DNA from: an uncultured Planctomycetaceae bacterium
Lineage (GTDB): Bacteria; Planctomycetota; Planctomycetia; Pirellulales; PALSA-1355
Reading direction: 5' to 3'
Assembly: GCA_963785305.1 (NCBI GenBank)
Contig: CAWAUV010000008.1
Location: 64,001 to 128,000, forward strand
Length of the DNA: 64,000 nt
The notes below the pieces were generated by a model. That model was not told where the DNA came from and searched no databases. It saw only the letters and a program-made list of their open reading frames with translations. Both the position numbers and the translations under genes were made by a program. Shown piece after piece: positions 22,379-35,464 of the stretch (the stretch's first letter is position 1; every line of letters begins with the position of its first letter).

Positions 22379-23581
22379 TCAACCGCTCGCCGCGGCTTGG
22401 CCCGCGAGCAGGTCGCGAGTCTGCCGGGCCACGATCAACTCTTCGTTCGTCGGAATCACCCAGACTTGCGTGCGGCTATCGGCCGCGCTCATGCGCTGCT
22501 CGCCCTTGGCCGAGGCGTTGGCCGCGGGATCGAGCCGAATGCCGAGTTCTTCGAGCCCGGCGCAGGTCGCGCTCCGGATATTGACGCCGTTTTCACCGAT
22601 GCCGCCGGTGAACACGATCGCGTCGGCTCCGCCCAGCTCGACCAAGAGCCCGCCGAGGTGATAGCGAATGCCGGCCACGAACACATCGAGCGCGAGCCTT
22701 GCCCGGGCATTGCCGGCCTGGGCCGCTTCCTCCAAATCGCGGACATCGCCGCTCAGGCCACTGAGGCCCAAGAGCCCGCCTTGCTCGGCGAGCTCGTGGA
22801 GCACTTCGACGAGCGATTTGCCGGTGCGTTCCATAATCACCGGCAGCGCGAACGGGTCGAAGTCTCCCACGCGGTTGTTCTGGGCCAAGCCCGACTGGGG
22901 GCTCATGCCCATCGTGGTTCCCACACTGCGTCCGTCGCGCACCGCGCAGAGCGAATTCGAGCCTCCCAAGTGGCAGGAGATGATCCGGAGCTTGTCGCGG
23001 CCGAGCAGTTCGGCGACGCGAGTGGCGATGTAGCGATGGCTGGCGCCGTGGAACCCATGCCGAACGACGCCATGTTCCTCGGCCCAGGCATGCGGCGCGG
23101 CATAGTGTCGGGCGGCGGGCGAGATCGAGGCGTGGAAGCCGGTCTCGAACGCGGCCACGAGCGGAATCTCCGGCAGCCGCTCGCCCAGAAGCCGCATCGC
23201 CGCGACATAGGGCGGATTGTGCGCCGGCGCCACATGGCGCATTTCTTCCATCGCCGCGAGCACATCGGGCGTAACCCGTTGCACTCCGCTCACCCGGCCG
23301 CCATGCACGGCCTTGAAGCCGATGGCGGCCACTTCGCTGGCGTCGCGCAAGCAGCCGCCCTCGGGCGCGGTGAGTTGCTCGAGGCACAGCCGCACCGCCG
23401 CCGCATGATCGGGCGCGGCGGTGGTGAAGTCGCGCCGCGCGCCGCCGATGTCGACAAACGATCGGCTCTCGCGAGCGCCGATGCGTTCGACTCCACCGCG
23501 GGCAAGCTGCCGCTCATCCCGCATGTCGTACAGCCGGTACTTGAAGCTGGTGGAGCCCAAGTTGGCGACCAGAATCTTCAT
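22379..23581 (-). CDS. ackA: Acetate/propionate kinase family protein
   Basis: [34 protein letters not shown] and PTNEE. Confidence 0.95.
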   Translation of the reverse strand: MKILVANLGSTSFKYRLYDMRDERQLARGGVERIGARESRSFVDIGGARRDFTTAAPDHAAAVRLCLEQLTAPEGGCLRDASEVAAIGFKAVHGGRVSGVQRVTPDVLAAMEEMRHVAPAHNPPYVAAMRLLGERLPEIPLVAAFETGFHASISPAARHYAAPHAWAEEHGVVRHGFHGASHRYIATRVAELLGRDKLRIISCHLGGSNSLCAVRDGRSVGTTMGMSPQSGLAQNNRVGDFDPFALPVIMERTGKSLVEVLHELAEQGGLLGLSGLSGDVRDLEEAAQAGNARARLALDVFVAGIRYHLGGLLVELGGADAIVFTGGIGENGVNIRSATCAGLEELGIRLDPAANASAKGEQRMSAADSRTQVWVIPTNEELIVARQTRDLLAGQAAASG

Positions 23582-23615
23582 GGCGAAGCGTTCCTTGCGA
23601 AAACCATGTTCCCGA

Positions 23616-23882
23616 CTACGACAGATAAGCGGCCACGAGCCCTTCGGCCGGACGGGCAATCACATGGCTGGCCACGAGCTCGCCCACTTGCGAGGCGGCG
23701 GCGGCCCCGGCTTCGACAGCCGCGCGCACACTGCCGACATCGCCCTTGACGATCGTGGTGACGAAGGCGTTGCCGATCGAAATGCGCTTCACGATCTCGA
23801 CATTGGCCGACTTTGCCATTGCGTCGGTGGCTTCGACCAGCGCGGCCAAGCCTTTGGTTTCAATAAGTCCGATAGCGTCCAT
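23616..23882 (-). CDS. BMC hexamer shell protein (BMC-H)
   Basis: [37 protein letters not shown]. Confidence 0.97.
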   Translation of the reverse strand: MDAIGLIETKGLAALVEATDAMAKSANVEIVKRISIGNAFVTTIVKGDVGSVRAAVEAGAAAASQVGELVASHVIARPAEGLVAAYLS

Positions 23883-23981
23883 AGTGAGGATCGATCCTAT
23901 TCTTTGAGTGAGGGGGGATGAGCGATGGTGTTCAATGGTCCCGGCGTGGCGCGGGAGCGCCTCGCGCGAGCCGTAAAAAAA

Positions 23982-24281
23982 TCAACTCGCGGCCGGCTTC
24001 TTCCATTCGGGCAGCACGATATTCAGGTCGTCGTGCGGTCGCGGAATGACTTGCACGGCGGTGACTTCGCCGATGCGGCCCGCGGCGGCGGCGCCGGCGT
24101 CGGTGGCGGCTTTCACGGCCGCGACATCGCCGGTCACAAAGGCGGTGACGAGCCCGCTGCCGATTTTGTCCCAGCCCACGAACCGCACATTGGCGGCCTT
24201 CATCATCGCGTCGGTCGCCTCGACGATGGCAATAAAGCCCTTCGCCTCGATCATGCCGAGCGCTTCGTTCACTTTGGCCAT
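23982..24281 (-). CDS. BMC hexamer shell protein (BMC-H)
   Basis: [37 protein letters not shown]. Confidence 0.97.
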   Translation of the reverse strand: MAKVNEALGMIEAKGFIAIVEATDAMMKAANVRFVGWDKIGSGLVTAFVTGDVAAVKAATDAGAAAAGRIGEVTAVQVIPRPHDDLNIVLPEWKKPAAS

Positions 24282-24380
24282 GGTGGCTTTCTCCAGAAGT
24301 AAAGAACTACGAAAATCGTTTCCCCGGGGGGAATCCAACACAAAAATCGACGCGTTGCCTGAATCGCCTTTTGTCCGTTG

Positions 24381-25084
24381 CTAGGTCTGCCGCAGCAGTT
24401 CGACTCCGGTGGCGTGGTCCAGGTCGGCGGCGTTGCCTTCGTCGGTGTCGAGGTGTACTTCGAGCTTGCTCGTGGCGTCGGCCCGAACCAGCAGGTCCTC
24501 AAGCACCAACCCGCAACCGCCGCGGATGCGGAGGCTCATGCGGTCTCCGTTTTTCACGCCATAGGCGGCGGCTTGTTCGAAATTCATATGCACATGGCGC
24601 TCGGCCCGAATCACGCCTTCCTTAAGTTCGACCACGCCCTTGGGCCCCACGAGCACACAGCCCGGCGAACCGGCGATCTTGCCGCTCGCTCGCACCGGCA
24701 GATCGATGCCCAGGGAAATGCCGTCGGTGAAGGCTAGCTCCACTTGGCTTTGCGGACGCGTGGGCCCCAGCACACGCACCTCGGGCAGCATCCGCTTTCG
24801 CGGGCCCACGACCATCACGGTCTCGGCGGCGGCGAAAAAGCCGTCTTGATACAGGGGCTTGGCCGGCGTGAGCGTGCGACCGGGTCCGAACAAAATCTCA
24901 ACGTGTTCGTCGGTCAGATGGCAGTGCCGCGCCGAAATGCTCACCACCAGCTTGGGCGCCGCGGGCTCGCCGGGCGAAGTTCTTGCCGCGCCGCGCCGGC
25001 GATCGCGCCGGCCACTTTACCAAGCACAACCTCGCGAACGATGCGTTCGACGGCCGCGCGATCCAGGGAAGCGTTTGCATGCAT
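24381..25084 (-). CDS. pduL: PduL-type phosphate acyltransferase; frameshift near 24985
   Basis: [20 protein letters not shown] and HLDTDEGNA; upstream frame from ATG 25084 gives [17 protein letters not shown] (encapsulation peptide). Confidence 0.92.
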
Positions 25085-25105
25085 GGTGTTGATTTCTGGG
25101 GGGAT

Positions 25106-25957
25106 TCAAGGGAATTCGCTAGTGCCCGTTGCGCTCGGCCCAGGGCAATGGCGAATGCGGCGCCGGCGCGGGGGCGCCGCGGCCGCGCGCGAGTCCGCCA
25201 TCGGCGCCAAGTGCAATTGCACCCCGGCCGCCACGATCTGTTCGCGCCAATGGCGATCGATGCCATCGTCGACGACCACATGTCGCACATCGCCCAGCGG
25301 ACACAGCTCCGCGAGACTTTGGTGGCCGAACTTGGTGCTATCGGCCACGACGATCACTTCTTCGGCGGCGGCGATCATGGCTCGTTCGGTTTCGACCAAC
25401 AGCAAGTTATTGTTGTAAAAGCCGCGTTCGGTCGCGCCGCTCACACTGAGCACGGTGCGGCGCACATGGAGCCGGCCGAGCATTTCATTGGCATAAGGTC
25501 CGAGGGCGACTCCAGTGCGCGGGTAGACATAGCCGCCCAGGAGCACGAGATCGGCGTCGGGGCTGGAGGCAAACAGGTTCGCCACCGGCAAGGAATTCGT
25601 CACGATCTGCAAGGGTCGTCCGATCAGGAGCCGCGCGACTTCATAGGTGGTGCTGCCGCCATCGAGCAGCACCGTGTCACCATCGTCGATCAGGCTCACG
25701 GCCCGCTGGGCGATGGCCGCCTTCTTATCCCACTGGGCGGGCTGAAGCTGCTCGAAGTGCGGATTCTTGGGCGACCGGCCGGTGTAAAACACGCCGCCAT
25801 GCGTGCGCTTCGCCGCGCCGGTGTCTTCCAAGAAGTCTAGGTCGCGGCGGATCGTTGATTCCGAAACTTTGAGCTCCTCGGCAAGTTGCGGCAACGACGC
25901 GAAACCGCGCGTTCGCACTACCTCGAGCAAATGATTTCGTCGTTCGTCGACCAGCAT
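25106..25957 (-). CDS. pvmR: DeoR/GlpR transcriptional regulator of the BMC locus
   Basis: VSESTIRRDL..RTHGG HTH; LDGGSTT, TNSLPVA and ADSTKF. Confidence 0.93.
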   Translation of the reverse strand: MLVDERRNHLLEVVRTRGFASLPQLAEELKVSESTIRRDLDFLEDTGAAKRTHGGVFYTGRSPKNPHFEQLQPAQWDKKAAIAQRAVSLIDDGDTVLLDGGSTTYEVARLLIGRPLQIVTNSLPVANLFASSPDADLVLLGGYVYPRTGVALGPYANEMLGRLHVRRTVLSVSGATERGFYNNNLLLVETERAMIAAAEEVIVVADSTKFGHQSLAELCPLGDVRHVVVDDGIDRHWREQIVAAGVQLHLAPMADSRAAAAPPRRRRIRHCPGPSATGTSEFP

Positions 25958-26034
25958 GGGGAGTTTCGTCGCTGGAGAATTCAAGCCGAGGCTAGGTGAT
26001 AGCGATTCGCGAAACCGTGGCGCGTCATGCACCG

Positions 26035-26210
26035 CATAATGCCGCTGAAAACCGTATCTTTCCCAGTATGCCTACAAAATGAGAGAAATCAATCACTGAA
26101 GTGGAAAAATTCGTTCAAATTTGCTGCGCGAGTTGCGCATTGCGATGAGAACTTGTTTACTGGCTTCACATTGTGTCGATCTGGGAAAAATGAAAAAACT
26201 TTTCCGGCGC
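26035..26210. promoter_or_regulatory. AT-rich divergent intergenic region, probable promoter/operator of the BMC operon
   Basis: Visibly AT-rich versus flanks and directly upstream of the DeoR gene; no specific boxes resolved. Confidence 0.45.
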
Positions 26211-26527
26211 CGTGATATCCGCCGAGTATGCGGTCCGACTCTGTGAATCGTGGGCCCGCGGCGCCTTCGCCGTGATCCTATCGGCCCCCAGAGAGCCAGA
26301 GCCGGTTTGAGCCGCCGATATTGGCCCCGGTTGCCGTGACTTGGCGCCTGATCCACACTGCCGGGCTTCAGGCCTTCGCGGGCTAGGAAACATGGAGCTT
26401 GATCAGTAAGCTTTTGCCCGAGGGTTTATTTCCAGCAATCCTCGCCCCTCGAATTTTCTCGCGTTGCACTTGCGCGCGAGGAAAAGGCGCCAGGAGCCCG
26501 GCCCTCTTCTCAAGGATGGAGCTTTCG

Positions 26528-26845
26528 ATGCGGTGGTATCACTACGTCGCGTATTTCTTTGGCGGGGCCTTCCTGGCGAACACGATCCCGCATTTGGTGG
26601 CGGGAATCTCAGGAAGTCCGTTCCAGAGCCCCTTCGCCTCACCGCCGGGCGAGGGCCTTTCGTCGGCCATGGTGAACGTGCTCTGGGGCCTGTTCAATCT
26701 TGTCGTGGCGTACCTGCTCAGCGTGCGCGTCGGCCGCTTCGAACTAAGAAACTGGGCCCATGTGATCCCGCTGGGGGCCGGCTTCGCCCTGATGGCGATT
26801 TCGCTCGCCCACCATTTCGGCGCGTTCCACGGCGGAAAACTTTGA
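26528..26845 (+). CDS. Small conserved-type membrane protein
   Basis: FFGGAFLANTIPHLVAGISG.PFQSPFA.PPG..SS..NVLWG; three hydrophobic helices. Confidence 0.75.
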   Translation: MRWYHYVAYFFGGAFLANTIPHLVAGISGSPFQSPFASPPGEGLSSAMVNVLWGLFNLVVAYLLSVRVGRFELRNWAHVIPLGAGFALMAISLAHHFGAFHGGKL

Positions 26846-27023
26846 CTCGGCGGCGAGCTCGCGTCCCGCGAAACCTCCAGCCCGCCGAGAAAAACGCACG
26901 GAATCGTGGCCTCGCGAAACAGCCCTTGGAATTTCCGGCCCACTCTCCGCCCGCGCTACCAATGTCGCGCGGGGGTAAGGGAATGCCGCCCCGCGAGCAA
27001 CAAACAAAGAAAATCGACACGTC

Positions 27024-28001
27024 GTGACGCTTCGGGATATGATTAGCAGCGTGACGCTCCTCTATCGCGACCCCCTGTTTCTCGAACACCGAACCGGCAG
27101 CCATCCCGAAAACGCTCGGCGGCTCGAGGCGATCGATCGCGCGCTCCAACAGGCCGGGCTCCTCGAATGCTGCCACCGGCCCGCCTGGTCGCCTGCCTTG
27201 CCGGCCGAGCTCGCCCGAGTGCATGGCCGAGATTATCTGGCCGAGCTCGAGAAGTTCATCGCCGCGGGCGGTGGGCAAATAGAAGCCGACACGGTGTGTT
27301 CGCCGCGGTCGTTCGACGCCGCGCGGTTGGCCGCCGGCGCCGCCATCGACGCCACGCGGCGAGTGCTCACCGGCCCCGAGCGGCGAGCACTGTGCCTTGT
27401 GCGACCGCCCGGGCATCACGCGCTTGTCGACGCTCCGATGGGCTTCTGCCTGCTGGCCAATGTGGCGATCGCGGCGCGGGCAGCCACCGACGAGCTCGGG
27501 CTCGACCGAGTGCTGATCGTCGATTGGGATGTACACCACGGCAACGGCACGCAAGACATCTTCTGGCGCGATCCGTGCGTTGGGTTTTTTTCGATCCATC
27601 GCTGGCCGTTTTACCCCGGCACGGGCCGCGCCGACGAAACCGGCGCCGGCCCAGGACTCGGCGCCACGCTCAATGCGCCGCTCGAATTCGGAACCTCGCG
27701 GGCCGACTTTCTCGCCGCCTTTCGCCGCGGGCTCGATGACCTAGCGGCAAGAATTCGCCCGCAATTGATCCTCGTCAGCGCGGGTTTCGATGCTCATCGA
27801 CTCGACCCGGTGGGCTCGCTCGGTCTTGAAGTCGACGATTTCGCCGCGCTGACTCGCGATGTGCTGGCGGTGGCCAAGGCGTATTGCGGCGGTCGCGTGG
27901 TCAGCGTGCTCGAAGGCGGCTACGATCCGCAATCGCTCGGCGACTGCGCCCGCGCGCATCTCGAGGCGTTGCTCGGGGGCGACGACGTTTCCGAGAACTA
28001 A
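27024..28001 (+). CDS. Histone deacetylase family protein
   Basis: HPE, RPPGHHA, GFC, DWDVHHGNGTQ, SAGFDAH and LEGGY. Confidence 0.96.
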   Translation: MTLRDMISSVTLLYRDPLFLEHRTGSHPENARRLEAIDRALQQAGLLECCHRPAWSPALPAELARVHGRDYLAELEKFIAAGGGQIEADTVCSPRSFDAARLAAGAAIDATRRVLTGPERRALCLVRPPGHHALVDAPMGFCLLANVAIAARAATDELGLDRVLIVDWDVHHGNGTQDIFWRDPCVGFFSIHRWPFYPGTGRADETGAGPGLGATLNAPLEFGTSRADFLAAFRRGLDDLAARIRPQLILVSAGFDAHRLDPVGSLGLEVDDFAALTRDVLAVAKAYCGGRVVSVLEGGYDPQSLGDCARAHLEALLGGDDVSEN

Positions 28002-28208
28002 GGAACGGCCCCGACGCCCAAGCGAGAAGTCGATTTCCGAAAGGAAGCGGTGGGCCTCGCGAGCCGCGTTTTGTCGCGATGCGTTCTTGACCGCCTCGAA
28101 ACTCATGGTTTAGCATGACGCTCGTTTGCCGGGACCGCGTGCTGGTGTCCGTGGGCGGTCGCGCGTCCCATCTTCCCCAACGAAGGATCGCATGCATGAC
28201 TGAGCGGA

Positions 28209-30137
28209 GTGGCGACAGGACGAAGCTGCGGGGCGCCCGCGCTTATCGTGGCTGGCGCGTGGCTGGCGATCTGCTGGATGTCCGCGTCGGTGTTGGCCGC
28301 CGACGCCAAGTCCAAGTCCGGGGCAGTCGTCGAAAAGGAGCCCGAGTCGCTGATCGAGCCCTTCACTCCGCCCCCGCTCTCGGAGCTCGACAAAACGGCC
28401 GAGTGGATCGATCAGCCGGTCGTCGACTTCATGTCGCGGCTGGCCGAGGAACAGGCCAAGTCGAAGCCGCTGACGGGCGTGGCCGAGGCGCTGAAGTTGA
28501 AAAATGATTCGAGCGCCGCCAACGCCAAGATTCTCAGCGCGCTCGGCCGGTTGCCCGCCGATCCCAAAGTCGTGAACTGGGAAGCCACGATCAATCGGCA
28601 CACGGCCGGCGATGTGAAAAGCACGAATCCGATCATGATTAGCTCGGTCACCGAGTTCGACGTGGCGGGGCTCACCGGTTTCGGGCTGTTCGGAAACGAT
28701 TGGAACCTGCAAATGGCGGCCAGCAGCGATAGTGTGCGCGACTGGAAGAGCAGCAAGGACCGGCTCAAGGACAAGATCGTGCTGCGCGACGATCTCACCT
28801 GGAGCGATGGCCACCCGATCACGGCCCATGATATCGTCTACACCTGGCGGCTGATCATGAATCCGCGCGTGCCGGTGCCGGCCGTGCGCTCGGGCACGGA
28901 CAAGCTCCGATGGATCGAAGCCTACGATGACCACACGCTCGTGTTCTTCCATAAGGAAGCGCTCGCGACGAACGTCGAAAACATTAGCTTTCCGATTTTG
29001 CCCAAGCATATCTACGAGAAAACGGCGCCGGAAGACCCCTCGCTTTCGCACAGTCCGGAGCATGTGAAGTTGGAAAGCGCCCCCGTGACCGGCGGGCCCT
29101 ACGAATTCAGGTCGCGCATCTCGGGACAAGAGATCGTGGTCGAGCGGCGCGAAAGTTACTATATGCACGGCGGCAAGCAGGTCCGCGACAAGCCGTATTT
29201 CAAGACCGTGCGCATCCGGGTGATGGAAGACACGAACACCGCGCTCTTGGCGCTAAAAAAGGGCGAGATCGATGAAATGATTCTCACTCCCAGCCAATGG
29301 ACCTCGCGCACCAACGATGCCGACTTCTATGCCCGAAACACCAAGGCCACGGGGCTCGAATGGGTGTATTTCTATTTCGGCTGGAATCTGAAGCAGCCTT
29401 TTTTCACCGATGTGCGCGTGCGCGAGGCGATGGGCTATGCCTTCAACCATGAAAAGCTGCTCAAGAATCTATGCTACGGACTTTACGAGCCGGCCAATGG
29501 CATTTTTTATCACAGTGCTTGGATGGCGCCCAAGAAGGCGCTGCCCTATTACAAGCACGACCCCGACAAGGCCGAGGACTTGCTCGACGCCGCCGGCTGG
29601 ACCGATCACGACAACGACGGCGTGCGCGACAAGGTGATCGACGGCAAGTTGCGGAAATTCGAATTCACGATGTTGTGCGCGAACATTGCCGATCGGATCG
29701 AGGTTTGCAAATTGCTCCAACAGAATCTCGACGAGATCGGAGTCAAAATGAATGTCCGACCGCTCGAGTTCGCCACCTTCCAGCAGAAGACTCATGACAA
29801 GGACTTCGAGGCGATGCACGCCGGCTGGGGCGCGGGATCGGACCCCGACTCGAGCGAGAACATCTGGAAGACCGGCGAGCCGCGGAACTATGTCAGCTTC
29901 TCGAACCCCGAGGTCGACAAACTCTATGAAGCCGGGCGCCACGAGTTCGACCGCGCGAAGCGGGCCGCGATCTACGCGAAGATCGATGAACTGATCTACG
30001 CCGAGCAGCCGTATACATTCCTCTATTTCCGCAATTCGTTTTACGGATTCGACAAACATCTGCGCGGCTACAAGTTCAGTCCGCGCGGGCCGTTCAACTA
30101 CAGTCCCGGCTTTTCGAGCATCTGGATGGCCGAATAA
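28209..30137 (+). CDS. Peptide/nickel ABC transporter substrate-binding protein (SBP family 5)
   Basis: LRDDLTWSDGHPITAHDIVYTW, TGGPYEF and DVRVREAMGYAFN; signal peptide. Confidence 0.93.
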   Translation: MATGRSCGAPALIVAGAWLAICWMSASVLAADAKSKSGAVVEKEPESLIEPFTPPPLSELDKTAEWIDQPVVDFMSRLAEEQAKSKPLTGVAEALKLKNDSSAANAKILSALGRLPADPKVVNWEATINRHTAGDVKSTNPIMISSVTEFDVAGLTGFGLFGNDWNLQMAASSDSVRDWKSSKDRLKDKIVLRDDLTWSDGHPITAHDIVYTWRLIMNPRVPVPAVRSGTDKLRWIEAYDDHTLVFFHKEALATNVENISFPILPKHIYEKTAPEDPSLSHSPEHVKLESAPVTGGPYEFRSRISGQEIVVERRESYYMHGGKQVRDKPYFKTVRIRVMEDTNTALLALKKGEIDEMILTPSQWTSRTNDADFYARNTKATGLEWVYFYFGWNLKQPFFTDVRVREAMGYAFNHEKLLKNLCYGLYEPANGIFYHSAWMAPKKALPYYKHDPDKAEDLLDAAGWTDHDNDGVRDKVIDGKLRKFEFTMLCANIADRIEVCKLLQQNLDEIGVKMNVRPLEFATFQQKTHDKDFEAMHAGWGAGSDPDSSENIWKTGEPRNYVSFSNPEVDKLYEAGRHEFDRAKRAAIYAKIDELIYAEQPYTFLYFRNSFYGFDKHLRGYKFSPRGPFNYSPGFSSIWMAE

Positions 30138-30216
30138 GCCGGAGCATGATTCCCGCGACGCGCGGCGTTGCCTCGAGGCGTTTTGCTGTTTCCGGAGCCC
30201 GGCCGATGGATGGGAC

Positions 30217-31194
30217 ATGCTGAACTATTTCGCCAAGCGGTTGTTGCTTGGAATCTTCACGCTGGTGATGATCACGCTGTTCGTGTATGGGCTGATTCGC
30301 GCCATGCCTGGCTCGCCGCTCTCGCTCGAGATGGACGAAGACCCCAGCCGCAAGATCAGCCAAGAAGACATCGATCGGATGCACGCCGCCTATGGGCTCG
30401 ACAAGCCTTGGTATGTCGGCTATCGCGATTGGCTCATGCGATTGCTGCATGGCGATCTCGATGTGTCGATCCGGCAGCATGAAAAAGTCACGACCATGAT
30501 CGGCCAGCGAGTCGGCCCGACCTTGCTGCTCTCGGGCGCGTCGCTGGTGCTTACCTTCGCGCTCGCCGTGCCGATGGGGCTGTTCATGACCTCCCGGAGC
30601 GGACGGTTCGATGAGCGAGCCCTGAGCACGCTGCTCTACATGCTCTATTCGTTTCCCACCTTCGTGGCGGCGCTGCTCTTGCAAATCGCTTTCGCGGTGA
30701 AACTCAATTGGTTGCCGCTCGGGCAAATGGTGGGCGACGACTACGATTCGCTCTCGGAGTGGGGGCGCACCTGGGACGTTTTCAAGCACTCGATCTTGCC
30801 GATCGCCTGCGAAACCTATGGCGCCCTGGCCTACTACAGCCGCTTCGTCCACACGAATCTGCAAGAGGTCATGCGGCAAGACTATATTCGCACCGCCCGG
30901 GCCAAGGGCTTGCCCCGGTTGCGAGTGCTGGCGCACCACGCGCTGCGCAACACGATGATTCCGCTGGTCACGTTGCTCGGCCTCTCGTTGCCGAGCCTGC
31001 TGAGCGGCGCCGTGATCTTGGAGCAGATCTTCAATTGGCCTGGCATGGGCCGTTTGTTTTTCGAAGTGATCCGCACTCGCGACTATCCGGTGATCATGGG
31101 CCTGGTGTTGATGTTTTCCAGCATGACCCTGCTGGGGCAATTGCTGGCCGACTTGCTCTACGCCGTGGTCGATCCGCGGATCACGTATTCCTGA
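30217..31194 (+). CDS. Peptide ABC transporter permease (OppB/DppB-like)
   Basis: DYIRTARAKGL EAA loop, HALRN and EQIFNWPGMG. Confidence 0.95.
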   Translation: MLNYFAKRLLLGIFTLVMITLFVYGLIRAMPGSPLSLEMDEDPSRKISQEDIDRMHAAYGLDKPWYVGYRDWLMRLLHGDLDVSIRQHEKVTTMIGQRVGPTLLLSGASLVLTFALAVPMGLFMTSRSGRFDERALSTLLYMLYSFPTFVAALLLQIAFAVKLNWLPLGQMVGDDYDSLSEWGRTWDVFKHSILPIACETYGALAYYSRFVHTNLQEVMRQDYIRTARAKGLPRLRVLAHHALRNTMIPLVTLLGLSLPSLLSGAVILEQIFNWPGMGRLFFEVIRTRDYPVIMGLVLMFSSMTLLGQLLADLLYAVVDPRITYS

Positions 31195-31246
31195 ACAATC
31201 GCCGCGGCCCGAACGACTCGAAGAAGAAAATCCGACGACGAGCTAC

Positions 31247-32376
31247 TTGCCGATGAACATTACCGCCCCTCGATCGACGCCCGAGCCTGGACCGGCCGAC
31301 GTTCCGCTGGCGGCGCCGCGCGGATTTTGGGGCGAGGTGTGGCGGCGTTTTCGCAAGCGCAAGCTCGCCATGGCGGCGCTCATGTTCGTCGGCATGCTTT
31401 CGCTGGTGGCGGTGTTCTCGCCGGCCATCGTGGGCGTCAAGCCGATCGTGTGTCGCTATAAAGGCCACTACTACTTCCCCTGCCTCGGCTACTTCGACGC
31501 GAGTTGGGAAGAGAACGGCGTGTTTCTCAAGGATCGCATTCAGAAGCGGTACTCGACTCGGTTGAAGAAGAAAGACCCCGAGAGCTGGGCGATCTGGCCG
31601 CTGGTGTATCAAGACCCCTACCGGCAGATCGATGAAGACGAATGGCCCGGCCAGCCCGCGAACCCGATGCACGATCAAGGCAGCCCCAACCGCTACAACT
31701 GGTTCGGCGTCACGCAGCAAGGCGTCGATGTGTTCGCGCAAATGGTGCATGGCACGACGATCGCGCTCTCGGTCGGTTTCGTGTCGATGGGCATCGCCAC
31801 GCTGATCGGCGTCGTCCTCGGTTCACTGGCCGGTTATTTTCGCGGCTGGGTCGATATCGCGATCAGTCGCCTGATCGAAGTCGTGATGTGCGTGCCGCAG
31901 CTTGTATTGATTCTGGCCTTGATCGCGGTGATTCCCAAGCAAAAGACCTGGCATATCATGGTCGTGCTCGGACTCACGAATTGGACCGGCATCGCGCGGC
32001 TGATTCGCGGCGAATTCTTGAGGCTGCGCGAGATGGAGTTCGTCACCGCGGCCCGAGCGCTCGGCGCCGGCGGCCGAGGATCATCTTTCGCCATATCCTG
32101 CCCAATGGTCTCGCGCCGGTGTTGGTGCCGATTTCGTTTGGCATCGCCGGCGCCATTTTGATCGAAAGCGGGCTCAGCTTCCTGGGGCTGGGCACGCCGC
32201 CGCCGAATCCTAGCTGGGGTTCGCTGCTCAGCGCGGCGCGCGAGAACTTGAATATGTGGTGGCTGGTCGTATTTCCGGGCGGGGCGATATTTCTCGCGGT
32301 GCTCGCGTACAATCTAATCGGCGAAGGATTGCAAGAGGCGATCGATCCCCGACTCCAAGGCGGCAAACAGGCTTAA
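31247..32376 (+). CDS. Peptide ABC transporter permease (OppC/DppC-like); frameshift near 32070
   Basis: [11 protein letters not shown], then [20 protein letters not shown] in the second frame. Confidence 0.92.
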
Positions 32377-32404
32377 GAATTTTCTCGCCACGATTGCGTC
32401 CCCA

Positions 32405-33561
<1,157 letters not shown>

Positions 33562-33565
<4 letters not shown>

Positions 33566-34686
33566 ACGATTCTCTCGACAATTCGCCATCGCCCATGGCC
33601 GCGGCGACCGAGCGCCGCCCGACGAACGAAGATCGTGGCGACACGATCGTCGTCGCGCGAAGCTTGCGAAAATATTTCCCGGTGCGAAAGGGATTCTTCT
33701 CGCGCGTCGTGGCGCATGTCCGCGCGGTCGATGGCGTGAGCTTCGACATTCGCCGGGGAGAAACCTTGGGGCTCGTCGGCGAGTCGGGCTGCGGAAAGAC
33801 CACGGTCGGGCGAGCCCTCTTGCGGCTGCTCGAGCCCACGTCGGGACATGTCGATATTCTCGGCCATAGTGTCACCGAGAGCCGGGGCGCCGAGCTGCGC
33901 GCCCTGAGGCGCCACATGCAGATCGTGTTTCAAGACCCCTACAGCTCGCTCAATCCGCGGCTCACGGTCCAGGCGATCATCGAAGAAGGATTGATCGTGC
34001 ATGGCATGGGCGATCGGAGCGAGCGGCAGGACCGCGTGCATGCAATGCTCAAACGCGTGGGCCTCGACCCGAGCTACGCGCATCGCTATCCGCATGAATT
34101 CTCGGGCGGCCAGCGGCAGCGAATCAGCATTGCCCGCGCCCTGGTGATCGAGCCCAAGTTCGTCGTGCTCGACGAGCCGATCTCGGCGCTCGATGTGTCG
34201 ATCCAATCGCAGATCATCAATCTGCTCACCGACTTGCGAGCCCAGTTCAATCTCACCTATCTGTTTATTTCCCATGACCTCTCGGTGGTGGAATATATTT
34301 CCGATCGGGTCGTAGTCATGTATCTGGGCGAGATCGTCGAGACCGGCGGCAGCCGCGAACTGTATCGCACTCCGCTGCATCCCTATACCCATGCGCTGCT
34401 CTCCTCGATTCCCTCGCTCGATCCCAAACGTCGCAGGTCGCGAATCGTGCTGGCGGGCGATGTTCCCAGCCCGCTCAATCCGCCGAGTGGCTGCCGATTT
34501 CATCCGCGTTGCCCGCTGGCGAAAGAAATATGCCGGCGGAAGTCGCCCGAGGAACTGCGTCTGGGCGATCACGGGGTTCGTTGTCATGTGGTCTCGGAAC
34601 ACGCCGAGCGACTTGGTCGCGAGGCGGGCCGCCTGAGCGAGCAGATCGCGGCCGACATCGCCGCCCACCCGGCATCGAGCGGCTGA
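33562..34686 (+). CDS. Peptide ABC transporter ATPase (OppF-like)
   Basis: [24 protein letters not shown] and GCRFHPRC. Confidence 0.96.
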
Positions 34687-34862
34687 GCCGGTTTTTTGGC
34701 TTGTCAAACTCTCATGAGGCCGTTCGCGTAGAATGTAAAACGTCGAGGGCCCGATGCGATTTGGATGCGCGCCTCCCTGGGCCAGATGTTCATTGCGCCG
34801 CGCCCCCCCCGGCGTCGCCGTTTCCGCAATTCTTCCCGCAAAGAAATCCGGCAGGCCCCCCC

Positions 34863-35464
34863 ATGCCCGCTCCATTTAGAGCCGTGTCTCCCGAAGGAAT
34901 CGATCGCTCGAACTGGCCGTTGCGAGCGGCTTTCGTTCGCAAGGCCGAGAGCGCCAAGTCGTTCTCGCCGCGAAACGAAGACATTCCGGGCGAGATCGAG
35001 CCGGAGATCGAACTTCTTGCCCGCTGGATGGATAGTGTGTTCGAGGTGCCGGGTCTAGGCATCCGATTCGGGCTCGACGCGATCGTGGGACTGATTCCCG
35101 GCGTCGGCGACACGCTCACCTCGCTCGCCTCGCTTTACATTTTGAACGCGGCCCGGCGCTACGGAGTGCCCCGCGTGACGATGGCCCGCATGGCGATGAA
35201 CCTGGGCATCGACTACATCTTCGGCGCCGTGCCGCTGGTGGGCGATGCGTTTGACGTGTATTGGAAGGCGAATCTCAAAAACGTGGAATTGCTGCGGCGC
35301 CACGTGCATGCGACTCGGGCGGACGAGCGCCGCGCTCGCGCGGGCGACTGGTTCTTTGTCGTGCGCTGGTGTTGGGGCTCGCGGGGATTTTGGCGACGAG
35401 CGTGGTAGCGGCATGGTGGATGATCGTGGCGCTCGCGCATTTGGTCGTGCATATCGCCGGATAA
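34863..35464 (+). CDS. DUF4112 domain membrane protein; frameshift near 35365
   Basis: LARWMDSVFEVPG..RFGLDAIVGLIPGVGD..VPLVGDAFDVYWKANLKNV. Confidence 0.85.
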
